A stretch of 64,000 nt of DNA, taken from the NCBI GenBank assembly GCA_963558395.1, contig CAUWGE010000003.1, positions 5,483 to 69,482 of the forward strand, read 5' to 3'. This DNA is from an uncultured Clostridia bacterium (GTDB taxonomy: Bacteria; Bacillota; Clostridia; TANB77; CAG-508). Position 1 is the first letter of the stretch. Each line of letters begins with the position of its first letter. Positions 42,619 through 52,658 of the stretch are shown here, piece by piece. The position numbers were made by a program, and so were the translations under genes. The notes under the pieces are model-generated. The model was not told the DNA's origin and searched no databases. It was given only the letters and a program-made list of their open reading frames with translations.

Positions 42619-44628
42619 TTATCCAAATAGTATTCTAAACACTTCTGACACACTCCATGCCTGTGCAAATGCACCCTTACCTTGTGAATTTGGAATAGAG
42701 TCATATATTTCACATATACTTCCTATTGTGTTTCCATCTATAAGTTCTTTAATAAAGGTGCTTGCCACATTTGATTTAAATTGAAGTAATGTGTTTTCAA
42801 GTTTTCTTTTGTTTACTATATTTTTTTCTGCTTTTATCATGTTTTTTAGTCCATTATAATATTCTCCCAAAAGCCATGGCCAAGTAATCCCTTGATGATA
42901 TACCATATCTCTTTCTTCAGGAGTTCCTTTATATATTGGAACATAATTTTTTTCTCCCTTTGCTAGAGTTTGAAGTCCATATTTATTAAGTAAAGTTTGT
43001 GTCACAGTTATAAATGTTTCTTTTGCCATGTCCTTGTCACAATCAAGTACAGGATATGTTAAGCTTAAGGCCAAAAGTTGATTTGGTCTAACTGAATCAT
43101 CTCCTAAAACATCATATAAACATTTCTTTTCTGGATTATAAAATTTTTCTATAAATGACTTCTTACATCTTTTTGCTATTATTGCATACTCTGCTTGTTT
43201 TGTAAATTTCATATATTTTTTTGATAACTCTTGCAAAATCTTTAAAGCATTATACCACATGGCATTTACTTCTACCGCAAAACCATTTCTTGGAGTTACT
43301 GGAGTGCCATTTACTTTGGCATCCATCCATGTATTTTGAGTACTTTCTGTCCCTGCTGATATTAAAAATGTTTTCTCATCACATTTTATATTATTTTTAT
43401 CAAGATTTATTCCATCTAAATAATGGTCTACTATATTAATTAATTTGCTATATATTTTTTCTTTTACAAATTCATAATCGTTTGTATATTCTATATATTT
43501 TTCTACTCCTTCAAAAAGTAATAAAGATGCATCTACACTATTATATAACGGATGGCCATCATATTCATCAAATCCATTTGGAACAAGCCCTTCTTTTATT
43601 GATGTAGTAAGAGTTAGTAAAACTTCCTTTGCTTCTTCATATCTTTTAGGAATTAAACATATCCCTTCAAATGCAATAAGAGTATCTCTTCCCCAATCTA
43701 AAAACCAAGGATATCCTGCAATAATAGTACTTAAGTTAGTCTTTGCTCTTTTTACTAAGAAATTATCTGCTGAGGTTATGTACTGATTTGTTAAAAATGT
43801 ATAACTTTCTCTTTCTTCATCTTTAGTAGGTAAATTATGTAGTAGATTTGAACTAGTAATTAATTTTTCTATTCGTTTTTGCTCATTTTCTATTATTTTG
43901 GCACCACTAAGTCTTGGCAATTCTTCTATGCTATTTCCGTATTCTCCATCTAATGAGCAAAGAAATGTTATTTCTTTATCTTCGTTTGGCTTTATATCTA
44001 TTTCAAAAGTTCCTGGAACTGCATGATTTTCAGAATAATCAAATCCACGAATCTTTTCCTTTTCATAATACATATCATAGAAAATATCGTTACTATGTTC
44101 TTTATAGCTGGCACCACTTACGTATAAATTTATTTTTCCTTCTTTAAATTTAAGTTCTACTCTATCTCTGTTTACTTTCTGGATATAATCAAATTCTAAT
44201 TCATGGTTTTCACTATGGAAATCTCTAAAATTTACAACAGGAGTTAAACTAAGTTTTACTTTAGCTTTTTGGTTTGAAACTCTATATATAATTGCAACTG
44301 TATTTTTTCCATGTAACATACAAATTGTTTTTTCAATTACAACTGTTCCTACTTTGTATGTATACACTGGCATTACATTTTTTTCAAATTTTTTAATATA
44401 CTTATATCCGTCTGTTGTAACTTTTCCACCATTTGACTTATTTGCATATAAATTATATCTTTTTCCATTTATATCAATACTTTCATCGACCTTTGATAAA
44501 ATAAGTTTTCTTAGTCCCGGTGGATTTGTTGCTGCGATTAATAATCCGTGATACCTTCTTTCATTTATTCCTTTATCTGTGGTACTTGCAAAACCACCAA
44601 TTCCATTTGTTATTACCCATTCTTTCAT
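42619..44628 (-). CDS. Glycogen debranching enzyme / amylo-alpha-1,6-glucosidase
   Basis: EWVITNGIGGFAS, AGYPWFLDWGRDT, TWMDAK, YHQG..WPWL, QAWSV. Confidence 0.92.
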   Translation of the reverse strand: MKEWVITNGIGGFASTTDKGINERRYHGLLIAATNPPGLRKLILSKVDESIDINGKRYNLYANKSNGGKVTTDGYKYIKKFEKNVMPVYTYKVGTVVIEKTICMLHGKNTVAIIYRVSNQKAKVKLSLTPVVNFRDFHSENHELEFDYIQKVNRDRVELKFKEGKINLYVSGASYKEHSNDIFYDMYYEKEKIRGFDYSENHAVPGTFEIDIKPNEDKEITFLCSLDGEYGNSIEELPRLSGAKIIENEQKRIEKLITSSNLLHNLPTKDEERESYTFLTNQYITSADNFLVKRAKTNLSTIIAGYPWFLDWGRDTLIAFEGICLIPKRYEEAKEVLLTLTTSIKEGLVPNGFDEYDGHPLYNSVDASLLLFEGVEKYIEYTNDYEFVKEKIYSKLINIVDHYLDGINLDKNNIKCDEKTFLISAGTESTQNTWMDAKVNGTPVTPRNGFAVEVNAMWYNALKILQELSKKYMKFTKQAEYAIIAKRCKKSFIEKFYNPEKKCLYDVLGDDSVRPNQLLALSLTYPVLDCDKDMAKETFITVTQTLLNKYGLQTLAKGEKNYVPIYKGTPEERDMVYHQGITWPWLLGEYYNGLKNMIKAEKNIVNKRKLENTLLQFKSNVASTFIKELIDGNTIGSICEIYDSIPNSQGKGAFAQAWSVSEVFRILFG

Positions 44629-44656
44629 TTGTTTCTCCTACACATAAAAATATATT

Positions 44657-46195
44657 TTATTTTTTTTCTGTATTTTTGTGATTCTTAGATTTTTCATATG
44701 TTTCCATCATTTTTATTCTAGTTTTTGTTTTCTTTTCACTATCTTTTATAGAATTTATTCTGTCTTTGTACTTTGCTTTAAATTTACTATTTTCAGTTTC
44801 TGGTCTTCTTTCAAATGGCTTTTTACCAGACTCTATAAATTTTTTCTCTTTCTTTTCTCTTTTTTTGATTTCTCGTTTTGTTTCTTTTAGTCTTGAATTT
44901 AGCAGCATGTACTGGCTATCGTTTTCCATATCATCAAATTTAAGTTCATCACATATAAGTTGAATAATTGCAAGTGCTATAACGTCTGAATCATGTCTTA
45001 TAGAATCTCCTTCTACTTTAGATAAATCACGTTGAACAAGCCTTACTCCCATATCTTTAGCTTTTTGTTTATCTGCAAGAACCACATCTGAGCCCTTTAA
45101 ATTATATTTTTTTATAAACTCTGGTACAATTTCTCCAGTATCATAAATACAATAGTCTATAATACCTTGTCCTATATACTCATTTATTGCTTTTATATGA
45201 TCTGAAAGAGTATATTCATCTGTTTGTCCTAGTTCTGTCATTATATTGCTCACATAAATTTTTATACCTTCTGATTCCTTTATTGCTTTAGCAATTCCTC
45301 TTACTAAAAGATTTGGAATAACATTTGTATATAAACTTCCTGGTCCAATCACTATTGCGTCTGCTTCTTTTATAGCTTCTATTACTCCTGGTGCTGGCAT
45401 ACAATTTGTCGGATTTATATATATTCTATTAATTTTGCTTGCTGTTTCGCTAACATATTCTGGTATCTTATCCCTATTTTCAATAACGGTACCATCATCA
45501 AGTTCTGCACAAATTTTGATTTCTTCTAGAGTAACTGGCAAAACTTTTCCCGTTATATTCCATACTTCTTTTGAAGATTCAATTGATTTTGCAAAGTTCT
45601 TGTGTATTTGATTCATAGCTAAGAAATAAATGTCACCGAAACTTAAATTTTTAAGTTGTCCACTTTCAAACTGCAAGTTAACGAGTTTTTCCATTTCTTC
45701 TTCATTATAAGAAAGCGCTACTAAACTTTCCTTAATATCATTTAGTGGTAATACTTGAAGTGCCTTTCTTGAATTAGTAGGCGTTTTCCCATAGTCTGAA
45801 ACTGTTACAAGTGCTGTTATATTATCTGTATAATTTTTAAGTCCTCGTAGTACTGTATTTAAACCACTTCCTCCACCAATTACAACTATTTTAGGTCCTT
45901 GGTTATATACTTTTTTATTAAATATTAATGTATTTACATTTTGACTTTCTTTTCTAGTATCACTTTCTTCAACTAAAAGTTCTAATGTCCTTTTTTGAGT
46001 AAATATAAAGCCTATTACTACTGCTGTAAATCCAATCACAAAAGATACTACAATTTTTAGTATTTCCATAATTCCTAGTGTATCATGATAAATTAATGTT
46101 GAAATTCCATAGCACACAAATATAATCCCTACTAATATAAGTGCTAACCATCTTTTCATTTTTGCTTTTGGAGTAAACCATTTAAAAAATCCCAT
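44657..46195 (-). CDS. YvcK/GlmR (CofD-like) protein with N-terminal TM and charged C-tail
   Basis: IGGGSGL, GPGSLYTNVIPNL, RHD; signature motifs diverged. Confidence 0.85.
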   Translation of the reverse strand: MGFFKWFTPKAKMKRWLALILVGIIFVCYGISTLIYHDTLGIMEILKIVVSFVIGFTAVVIGFIFTQKRTLELLVEESDTRKESQNVNTLIFNKKVYNQGPKIVVIGGGSGLNTVLRGLKNYTDNITALVTVSDYGKTPTNSRKALQVLPLNDIKESLVALSYNEEEMEKLVNLQFESGQLKNLSFGDIYFLAMNQIHKNFAKSIESSKEVWNITGKVLPVTLEEIKICAELDDGTVIENRDKIPEYVSETASKINRIYINPTNCMPAPGVIEAIKEADAIVIGPGSLYTNVIPNLLVRGIAKAIKESEGIKIYVSNIMTELGQTDEYTLSDHIKAINEYIGQGIIDYCIYDTGEIVPEFIKKYNLKGSDVVLADKQKAKDMGVRLVQRDLSKVEGDSIRHDSDVIALAIIQLICDELKFDDMENDSQYMLLNSRLKETKREIKKREKKEKKFIESGKKPFERRPETENSKFKAKYKDRINSIKDSEKKTKTRIKMMETYEKSKNHKNTEKK

Positions 46196-46197
46196 TT

Positions 46198-47097
46198 CTA
46201 ATCCCTCTCTCCTATTATTTTAATTTCTGTTTCTATTTGCCTTCCGAACTTTTTTAATACTTCTTTTTTTACATAATCTATTAAATTTAATATATCTTTT
46301 GCACTCGCATTCCCTTTATTTACAATAAAACCAGCATGCTTTTCTGAAACTTCTGCTCCTCCAATGCAAAAACCTTTTAGTCCTGCTTCATCAATTAATT
46401 TTGCTGTTATAAAATCTGTTCCTCTCTTAAAAGTGCTTCCTGCACTTGGCATATTTAATGGCTGAGAATCGATTCTCTTTTTAGCATAACTATTCATCAG
46501 TTCTTGTATTTCGTCTTTTTTTCCTTTTTTTAATTTTAAAGTACTTTTTAAAATTATAGTGTTTTTTTCCTGAAATATACTTTTTCTATATTCAAACTCA
46601 TGTTCTTTGTTATCTATAATTTTTATTTCATTAGTATCTAAATCTAAATATTTAGTTTTGACTACTACATCTTTTAGCTCCATTCCATATGCTCCTGCAT
46701 TCATAACAAGTGCCCCTCCTAAGGTACCTGGTATTCCTGCTGCAAATTCATATCCTGTGAGTTCATTTTGAAGTGCAATATTTGCAATCCTTGCATTAGT
46801 TATTCCAGATGCAAATTCAAGTTCATATTCTTCATTTTTAAGTTCTTTTATTTCATAATCTTTATTTATATATTTTAATACAATTCCATTTATTCCTTTA
46901 TCTGTTACAAGTAAATTGCTTCCGTTACCTATAATTGTTACTTTTTTTCCAAGTTTTATTACTTGCATTAACTTTTCTTCTGTATCTACAATGGCAAAAA
47001 TTTCTGCATCTCCCCCTACTTTAAATGTGGTATGCCTGCTCATGCTTTCATTGTATTTCACATTTTCTTTTCCTAAAATATGCTCTAACTCTTTCAT
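46198..47097 (-). CDS. murB: UDP-N-acetylenolpyruvoylglucosamine reductase
   Basis: HTTFKVGG, GNGSNLL, GIPGT.GG..MNAGAYG, PSAGSTFKR. Confidence 0.96.
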   Translation of the reverse strand: MKELEHILGKENVKYNESMSRHTTFKVGGDAEIFAIVDTEEKLMQVIKLGKKVTIIGNGSNLLVTDKGINGIVLKYINKDYEIKELKNEEYELEFASGITNARIANIALQNELTGYEFAAGIPGTLGGALVMNAGAYGMELKDVVVKTKYLDLDTNEIKIIDNKEHEFEYRKSIFQEKNTIILKSTLKLKKGKKDEIQELMNSYAKKRIDSQPLNMPSAGSTFKRGTDFITAKLIDEAGLKGFCIGGAEVSEKHAGFIVNKGNASAKDILNLIDYVKKEVLKKFGRQIETEIKIIGERD

Positions 47098-47259
47098 ACT
47101 CCTCCTACTTGTTAATGCTGTTACTTTTTCATAGTTATTTTATCACAAATAATAAAAAAAATCTATTAATTTATTAAATAATATGTAATAGTATTTAATA
47201 TATGAAAATAACATGCAAATACTTTCAGATTTGCATGTTATTTAGTATATTATTTTAAA

Positions 47260-47652
47260 TTAATATTTGCTTAAAATATTTAGTATTTTATTAAAATCCT
47301 CTGATTTTAAGTTTGCTTCAAAGTTTTCTCCTACTTTTCTTATTGTTTTTCCAGCATTTTCGATACAATATTCTTCATTTTCCAAAATAATTATGTAAGA
47401 AATAGTCCCGTCCCTCGTACCTTCAGCATATTCTTGGTTTAATACAATTTTCTTTATTGCATTAATTTCATTTATATCCTTTACTTCTATGGTCTTATTT
47501 TCTTTTATCATAGTTACTTTTATTGTTCCTATATTTTCAATATTATTTGTATTGGAATTTTTTTGTGTATATATTCCTTTTATGATTAATATTGAAGCAA
47601 TTATGGTTACTACTATAATTACGAATATCAAAGCTTTTGATGATTTTCTCAT
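47260..47652 (-). CDS. Hypothetical membrane-anchored/secreted protein
   Basis: N-terminal TM, AGAGG RBS, downstream terminator about 47205-47243. Confidence 0.7.
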   Translation of the reverse strand: MRKSSKALIFVIIVVTIIASILIIKGIYTQKNSNTNNIENIGTIKVTMIKENKTIEVKDINEINAIKKIVLNQEYAEGTRDGTISYIIILENEEYCIENAGKTIRKVGENFEANLKSEDFNKILNILSKY

Positions 47653-47690
47653 ATCTTTTTTCCTCTTTTATTTTCTATATTATATCAATA

Positions 47691-48278
47691 TCACACCTGT
47701 ATTTTCTTTTTTGTTATAGCTAATCCATCTCCCACTTCTAAAATTTCTGTGTCTAAATCTGGATCTTCAGTTACTTTTTTTATATACTCCCTAAGATGAG
47801 TTACTGCTGTTCTTTGTTTGTGCTTATTGTAGTCACTCATTACATATCCTTTATATAAAATATTATCAGCAAATATTATACCATCATCTTTTAAAAGTCT
47901 TAATGCTTGCTCTAAAAAGAATGGATATTTTCCTTTTGCAGCATCAATAAATACCATATCATATTTTTCTTCTAGTGTTGGCAAAATTTCTACTGCATCA
48001 CCTTCAATAATATTAATTTTTTTACTCTTATCAACTATTTTTATGTTTTCCTTCGCTTCTTCTATTCTTTCTAAGTCTCTTTCTATTGTATCAATCTTTC
48101 CACCATCATTTAAAAAGTAAGAAAAGCAAATAGCGGAATAGCCAACTGCTGTTCCTATTTCTAGTATAGCACTTGGCTTTTTTTCTTCCATTATATTTTT
48201 TATAGTATTTAAAGTATCATCCATTATAATTGGAATGTGATTTTCTAACGCTTTTTCCTTAATCTCATTTAAGTTCAT
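47691..48278 (-). CDS. O-methyltransferase (YrrM/TrmR-like)
   Basis: HIPII, LEIGTAVGYS, FIDAAKG.Y, DN.LYKG; start at MNLNEIK. Confidence 0.88.
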   Translation of the reverse strand: MNLNEIKEKALENHIPIIMDDTLNTIKNIMEEKKPSAILEIGTAVGYSAICFSYFLNDGGKIDTIERDLERIEEAKENIKIVDKSKKINIIEGDAVEILPTLEEKYDMVFIDAAKGKYPFFLEQALRLLKDDGIIFADNILYKGYVMSDYNKHKQRTAVTHLREYIKKVTEDPDLDTEILEVGDGLAITKKKIQV

Positions 48279-48282
48279 ATAA

Positions 48283-50106
48283 TTATCCTTCATTTTGAGC
48301 TCTTTTTGCTTGTCTTTCTCTTGTTTTTGTATCAAGAATTCTTTTTCTTAATCTAATATTTTGAGGTGTTATTTCTACTAATTCATCATCTGAGATAAAT
48401 TCAATAGATTGCTCTAATGACATTTTTACTGGTGGTACTAAACGAAGTGCTTCATCTGAACCAGAAGCTCTAGTATTAGTTAAGTGTTTTTCTTTGCAAA
48501 CATTTATTGATATATCTTCGTTTCTTGAGTTTATTCCTACTATCATACCTTCATAAACTTCGGTGCCAGCTCCAATTAAAAGTTCTCCTCTTAATTGTGC
48601 ATTATATAATCCATATGTTATTGATGTTCCAGCTTCAAAAGCAACTAATACTCCTCTTGATCTTGATTGAATTTCTCCTTTATATGGCTCATATTCTTTA
48701 AATACACTTGCCATTGTTCCTTCGCCTTTTGTATCTGTTAAAAACTCTGTTCTATAACCAATAAGACCTCTTGCAGGAATGTCAAATTCTATTTTTGTGT
48801 GTCCTGGCTCTGCTGGTTCCATATTTACCATTTCTGCTTTTCTTTTTCCTAATTTTTCTATAACATTTCCTACACAATCATCTGGAACATTTACGCTAAG
48901 TGTTTCTATTGGTTCACATTTTACTCCATCTATTTCTTTAAAAATAACCTTTGGTCTTGATACTAGAAGCTCAAATCCTTCTCTTCTCATATTTTCAATT
49001 AAAATAGATAAGTGTAATTCTCCTCTTCCACAAACTTCAAAGCTTTCTGCTTTATCTGTTTCTTTTACTCTTAGTGATACATTTCTTTCTAGCTCTTTAA
49101 ATAATCTATCTCTAATGTGTCTTGATGTTACAAATTTTCCTTCTTTTCCAGCAAGTGGTCCATCATTTACACTAAATGTCATAGACACTGTTGGCTCATC
49201 TATATTTACAAAAGGAATTTTTTCAGGATGATCTAAATCGCATATTGTGTCTCCAATATTTATATCTGAGATACCAGAAAGAGCTACTATATCTCCTGCT
49301 TTTATTTCTTCTGCTTCTACCCTTTTTAACCCTTCATATGTAAATAATTTTGCAATTTTTCCTTGAGTAGTCTTTTCTTCTTTACATATGCTTACTGCAC
49401 TACTTGCTTTTATTGTTCCTCTTTCAACTCTTCCTACTGCTATTCTTCCTAAATAGTCATCATAATCAATATTTGAAACTAATAATTGCATTGGTCCTTC
49501 TATTTCACATTTTGGTGGATTTATATGACTTATAATAGTGTCAAAAATACAAGTAATATTATCGCTTTCATCATTTAAATTCATTTTAGCAATTCCGTTT
49601 TTTGCAGATGCATAAATTACTGGGAAATCTAGTTGTTCATCTGTTGCATTTAAGTCCATAAATAGTTCTAAGACCTTGTCAACTGCTTTTAGTGGATTTG
49701 CACCTGGTCTATCTATTTTATTTATAACAACTATTGGTTGTAAATTTAATGCTAATGATTTTTTCAATACCTCTCTTGTTTGTGGCATTGGTCCATCAAA
49801 TGCATCAACAACAAGTAGTACTCCATCAACAGTTTTTAAAACTCTTTCAACTTCGCCTTCAAAATCAGCATGTCCAGGAGTATCTACTATATTAATTTTT
49901 ACATCATTATACATTACTGATGTATTTTTAGAAAGAATTGTTATTCCTCTTTCTTTTTCTATATCATTTGAGTCCATAACTCTTTCTGCTACTTGCTCGT
50001 TTTCTCTAAATACATGACTCTGTCTTAAAAGTGCGTCAACTAATGTAGTTTTTCCATGGTCAACGTGTGCGATTATTGCTATATTTCTTATTTTATCGTT
50101 ATTCAT
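48283..50106 (-). CDS. typA: Translational GTPase TypA/BipA
   Basis: IRNIAIIAHVDHGKTT, ERGITILSK, DTPGHADF, NKID; start at MNNDK (ATG 50106). Confidence 0.97.
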   Translation of the reverse strand: MNNDKIRNIAIIAHVDHGKTTLVDALLRQSHVFRENEQVAERVMDSNDIEKERGITILSKNTSVMYNDVKINIVDTPGHADFEGEVERVLKTVDGVLLVVDAFDGPMPQTREVLKKSLALNLQPIVVINKIDRPGANPLKAVDKVLELFMDLNATDEQLDFPVIYASAKNGIAKMNLNDESDNITCIFDTIISHINPPKCEIEGPMQLLVSNIDYDDYLGRIAVGRVERGTIKASSAVSICKEEKTTQGKIAKLFTYEGLKRVEAEEIKAGDIVALSGISDINIGDTICDLDHPEKIPFVNIDEPTVSMTFSVNDGPLAGKEGKFVTSRHIRDRLFKELERNVSLRVKETDKAESFEVCGRGELHLSILIENMRREGFELLVSRPKVIFKEIDGVKCEPIETLSVNVPDDCVGNVIEKLGKRKAEMVNMEPAEPGHTKIEFDIPARGLIGYRTEFLTDTKGEGTMASVFKEYEPYKGEIQSRSRGVLVAFEAGTSITYGLYNAQLRGELLIGAGTEVYEGMIVGINSRNEDISINVCKEKHLTNTRASGSDEALRLVPPVKMSLEQSIEFISDDELVEITPQNIRLRKRILDTKTRERQAKRAQNEG

Positions 50107-50156
50107 TTTTTTAATTCCTTTCACTATTAAATCATGACAAAAGCGGACTATTATTT

Positions 50157-50219
50157 CACACGAACAATTATACGTGGGCTGAATTTTAAAAATATTTATC
50201 AGCCCACTATTGTTCTTTA
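50157..50219 (-). repeat. Dispersed hairpin repeat, copy C (diverged)
   Basis: TAAAGAACAATAGTGGGCTG...CAGCCCACGTATAATTGTTCGTGTG; same ends as copy B. Confidence 0.6.
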
Positions 50220-50240
50220 AGTCCACATTTTTATTTAAAC

Positions 50241-51314
50241 TTATTCTTTACTAGAATATTCTTCACTAGTTCCTTCTAGCTCTTTTATTGATAATTCTAT
50301 TTTCTTAGCATCTAAATCGATATCTATTATTTTTGCATTTACTTCTTCGCCAAGTTCTAGTTTTTCTTCTGGTTTAGCTATTCTATCTTCACAAATTTGA
50401 GAAATATGTATAAGCCCTTCTACACCTTTTTCTAATTCTCCAAAGGCTCCAAATGGTTTCATATTTTTAATTTTTACTCTGACAACATCTCCAATATTAT
50501 ATTCTAGATTATTCCAAGGATCTTCACCTTTTTCATTATATGAAAGTTGCATTCTTTTATTTTCTTTATCTAAAGTCTTTATTGTTACATTTACTTCTTG
50601 ACCTTGTTTTAATATTTCTTCTGCTTTTGCAGCTCTATCCCAAGACATTTCTGAAATATGTAAAAGACCTTGAACTCCTCCAATATCTATGAATGCTCCA
50701 TATGAACAAACACTTGCAACAACACCTTTATATGTATTTCCTTCTTTAGCATTAGCCCAAAATTCTTCTTCTTTTATAGCTTTTTCTTCATCTATTAAGA
50801 TTTTAGCTGAGCCAATTATTCTATGTTCTTTTGGTAAATACTCTATTACTCTAAATCTTATAGTGTTTTCTGTTTCACCAGCTGCTAAAGATAATGGTAT
50901 AAAAATTCTTATTCCTTTATAATTTACAATTACGCCTTTATCATTTTTTTCTGCTATTTTTTCTTCGAATATCTCTTTATTTTCTACTTTTTCTTCAAAT
51001 TCTTTTTTTATATCATTTCTTCTTCTTCTTTTACAAGATAATAATACATTACCTTGTCCATCATTCATTTTTAGTACATCAGCTTCTAAAGTATCTCCTA
51101 CTTTAATATTTTTTGATGGAAGCTCCCCTTCATCAAAAGAGAACTCTACTTTAGGTATTATTCCATCTGCTTTATAATTTAAATCTACTATTATTTCTTC
51201 GTTTTTTGTTATTTTAATTACTGTACCTTTTACAGTTTTTCCTAACTTTTCATTTTTCATAGAACTATTTAATAATTCTTCAAATGAAATATTTTCTTCA
51301 CTCATGTAATTCAC
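50241..51314 (-). CDS. S1-domain RNA-binding protein (ribosomal protein S1-like)
   Basis: Repeated S1 motifs (YGAFIDIGGVQGLLHISE, FGAF..EGLIHISQ). Confidence 0.88.
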   Translation of the reverse strand: MNYMSEENISFEELLNSSMKNEKLGKTVKGTVIKITKNEEIIVDLNYKADGIIPKVEFSFDEGELPSKNIKVGDTLEADVLKMNDGQGNVLLSCKRRRRNDIKKEFEEKVENKEIFEEKIAEKNDKGVIVNYKGIRIFIPLSLAAGETENTIRFRVIEYLPKEHRIIGSAKILIDEEKAIKEEEFWANAKEGNTYKGVVASVCSYGAFIDIGGVQGLLHISEMSWDRAAKAEEILKQGQEVNVTIKTLDKENKRMQLSYNEKGEDPWNNLEYNIGDVVRVKIKNMKPFGAFGELEKGVEGLIHISQICEDRIAKPEEKLELGEEVNAKIIDIDLDAKKIELSIKELEGTSEEYSSKE

Positions 51315-51353
51315 ATTCCTTTTTTATAATATTTTTTGTTTTAACATTATACT

Positions 51354-52646
51354 CTAATCTTTTTGTTTTGTCAACATAATAATATCATTCATTACTTTTT
51401 CTGTTGCATTTTCTTGCCAATTTTCATCTTCTGTTTTTAATTCTAATATATCTATTGGTTTACCATAATTGAACGTAACTCTTGTAAATGGTTTAAAACT
51501 TCCGCTTACTCCTACTGGAACAATTTTTACTTTTGCTTTTGCTGCCAAATATACTGCCCCACTCTTTACTTTTATATTTTTATCCATTCCATGTCTTGTT
51601 CCTTCAGGAAAAATTCCTAACACCTCTTTATTCTTAAGTGCCTTTAGGCATAATTTTATTGATGCTATATCACCCGCATTTCTTTTTACTGGTATTATAT
51701 CAAATATTCTAGCGAGCCACGAAAGTATTCTAAACCTTAGCAGGTCTGCTTTTCCTATAAATCTTACTTTAAACTTATTAAGAACTACCATTCCAGCTGC
51801 ATCTAAATAGTTTACATGATTTGCACAAATTATATATCCCTCATCTTTTGGCAAATTTTCTAATCCTATAATTTTAGGTCTATATACTAGTTTATATAAA
51901 AATGCTAGTATACTTTTTACTATACATCTTTGAGTTTTCTTTGACCAGTTTTCTGGTGCTTCTTTATATCCTTTTTCTATTCTTTCTAACTGTTTTTTCT
52001 TCTTCTTTATTAAACTTATAACTTTTCTTTTTGCACCAAAAATGCTTAGCTTAGTTGTATCAATATAAGTTGCATCTTCTGCTTTTTTTAATGCACCTAT
52101 TTTTCTTTCTTTATCTGCTTTATCTCTTTCTTCTATATTCTTTTTTACTTCTTCTAATGTAGTTGTTATTCCCTTCTCTAAGTTTTGCTTATATCTTCTT
52201 TTTGCTCTTTCTTCACTAGATGCATCTAAATATATTTTTATTTCAGCATTTGGAAAAACTACTGTTCCAATATCCCTTCCATCTACTACTATATTTTTTC
52301 CTTCTGATATCCTTCTTTGTAATTCCACTAAATTAGCCCTTATAATAGCATTTTTTGATACTTCTGATACAAAATTAGTTACTTTTTCTTCTCTTATAGT
52401 CCTTGTAACATCTTCTCCATCTAAAAATACTTTTTCCCCATCTAAGTCTATTTTTATATTTTTCAATATTTCTTTAATTTTCTCTTCATTTTCTAAATTT
52501 ACTTTTTCCCTTATAATTTTAAGAGTAACACATCTGTACATAGCCCCTGTATCTAAATATTGAAATTTAAATTTATCTGCTATTATTTTAGATATTGTTC
52601 CTTTTCCTGTACCAGATGGTCCATCTATTGCTATTATAAACGACAT
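51354..52646 (-). CDS. cmk: Cytidylate kinase fused to 1-acyl-sn-glycerol-3-phosphate acyltransferase
   Basis: IAIDGPSGTGKGT, DTGAMYR, DGRDIGT, then NHVNYLD and FPEGTR (PlsC) in one frame. Confidence 0.9.
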   Translation of the reverse strand: MSFIIAIDGPSGTGKGTISKIIADKFKFQYLDTGAMYRCVTLKIIREKVNLENEEKIKEILKNIKIDLDGEKVFLDGEDVTRTIREEKVTNFVSEVSKNAIIRANLVELQRRISEGKNIVVDGRDIGTVVFPNAEIKIYLDASSEERAKRRYKQNLEKGITTTLEEVKKNIEERDKADKERKIGALKKAEDATYIDTTKLSIFGAKRKVISLIKKKKKQLERIEKGYKEAPENWSKKTQRCIVKSILAFLYKLVYRPKIIGLENLPKDEGYIICANHVNYLDAAGMVVLNKFKVRFIGKADLLRFRILSWLARIFDIIPVKRNAGDIASIKLCLKALKNKEVLGIFPEGTRHGMDKNIKVKSGAVYLAAKAKVKIVPVGVSGSFKPFTRVTFNYGKPIDILELKTEDENWQENATEKVMNDIIMLTKQKD

Positions 52647-52658
52647 TATTTTTTCCTC

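Noticed and set aside
47121-47132. ATG-AAA-AAG-TAA mini-ORF upstream of murB
   Set aside because: No RBS, and too close to the putative -10 to support leaderless translation
50107-50226. N-terminal extension of TypA in the ORF track
   Set aside because: Runs through the hairpin repeat; the RBS (GAAAGGA) supports ATG 50106
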